Assembly: GCA_012026655.1 (NCBI GenBank)
Contig: JAAILG010000125.1
Coordinates: 62,001 to 126,000, forward strand
Length of the DNA: 64,000 nucleotides
DNA from: Hydrolagus affinis
Lineage: Eukaryota
Direction of reading: 5' to 3'
Shown here: positions 62,516 to 64,000 of the stretch, one piece after another
Numbering within the stretch: the stretch's first letter is position 1
Layout: each line of letters begins with the position of its first letter
Program-made: the position numbers and the translations under genes
The notes under the pieces: generated by a model
Seen by the model: the letters and a program-made list of their open reading frames with translations, nothing else
Told to the model about the DNA's origin: nothing
Databases searched by the model: none

Positions 62516-64000
62516 CCTTGCCAAAGTGAACTGAAAACTATCATTGCTCTCAGTCATAATCCAGGTTGTCTTTTCAGTCCCATATCCATTAGAAGGCAGT
62601 AACTTGCAACAAACCAATGCTTTGTATGATGCAATTAATGCTGTGAAAATAATGCCATGTTCATCCACATATTTCTACACTTCAATGTTAATCATTTTCA
62701 AATTACAGAAATTAATACTCTACGTGGGTTTACTTAATGAAGGATAAAATAGTTAACAAACCAGCAGGAGGTTCTGGGGATATAGTTTTCTTCCGACTGA
62801 CAATGAAAGTACTTATTGATTGTTAAAGGTCCAGAAATTAAATATTCCAACACCAGGCAAGATTGCTGAAGGAACAGAAAAATACTGATTTAACTGAAGG
62901 AATGAGCCTGGAAATCTATATGGCAGGAATTAAATGCCATAATCAAATTGTTTGTGCAACCATTTAGCATCTCATTTTCTAACACTGCAAGTGACCACCT
63001 GAGACAAGGCATCATTTTTCAAGTCTGCAAGTAACAAACCACAGCCATAAGTAACAAAGGATTAAGAGAATATTGATAGCTCATGACAACCTGTTTCCTG
63101 AGAAATGTGACTTGGTCAAGTCCTTTCAATCATTAAAACATATGAGTGCTTGTCAATTTAATCTGCTCTGTTCTGCTTATTCATTAAGTAAAGTATCTTT
63201 TATTTTACTATTGCAAATGCTTATGTTCTTTTTCCAGTCAACCAAATCAATGATAGCTACATAAATGAAATATATAACAGCAACATTTGTATTTATTCAG
63301 ATGTTATAGTTTCAAACAATAAATCAGCAGTCAGGCCTGCCTAGTTATAAAATTAATATCTCTCCCCTTCCCCCTCTACTACAAGTTTCTTTTACTTATA
63401 TGCACAGTGGTGTCAAAATTACTAACTGATGGGATGCCTAAAGTGGCTAATAATTACCAACTGTCAATCAACGGGCAAATGCATTCTGCACCATTATATT
63501 CATTTTTATTCAGCTTGGCAGTACTTAAAAGATATTGATCTACATTCAGTGTTATCACTGACTATGTACATATCAACATCCAGACATAACCAAGGTCATG
63601 GAGAAAACACAAAATATTCAATATAAAGGAAACAGGGAGCCTAAAAATGAGCTTATAACACATCACATTTGAAATCCTCAGTTTTGTGCAATTTGAATCA
63701 ACAGTTAGTTATTCGTGCTGTCTAGAAATGCAATGTGTGACATTGTGCCATTTGTGCAATATGATTTTTGACTTGTTTTTAAACAAATTACAATATCAAA
63801 ATGGATAAGTGCACATGAAACAATAACACTGGTTAATGTCATTGAACTCAGGGTTATTTAACTTTAAATTACCTTCACATTTTGTTTTAAAATATGTATA
63901 TTTCTGTCTAGCGGGTGTGCAGCTGCACTTTCAGAGCATAAGAAGAATAACAAATTTACAACTTTGTTATGGATTTTGCTACACAAAGCATAAACCTGCT

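Overview
This is AT-rich, CpG-depleted vertebrate non-coding DNA, either a very large intron or a gene desert. The repeat complement (L2 and CR1 LINE 3' ends, a tRNA-Val-derived SINE, Deu-domain SINEs, Penelope-type termini) points to a cartilaginous fish, plausibly a chimaera such as Callorhinchus; this is inferred from recalled repeat families. None of the short ORFs in the track is a credible gene. About 40 retroposon fragments are visible by eye. There are also three non-autonomous DNA transposons defined by TIRs/TSDs: one hAT-type nested in a DeuSINE and two Tigger/pogo-type, one of which holds a long internal palindrome. The most unusual item is a ~200-bp fold-back at 48113-48310 whose two arms each encode a minimal Penelope-type hammerhead-ribozyme core, on opposite strands. 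One strong isolated candidate exon lies on the minus strand (15696-15768). Several repeat-free, motif-dense blocks look like conserved non-coding enhancers, but conservation cannot be shown from this window alone. Boundaries of decayed repeats are approximate.
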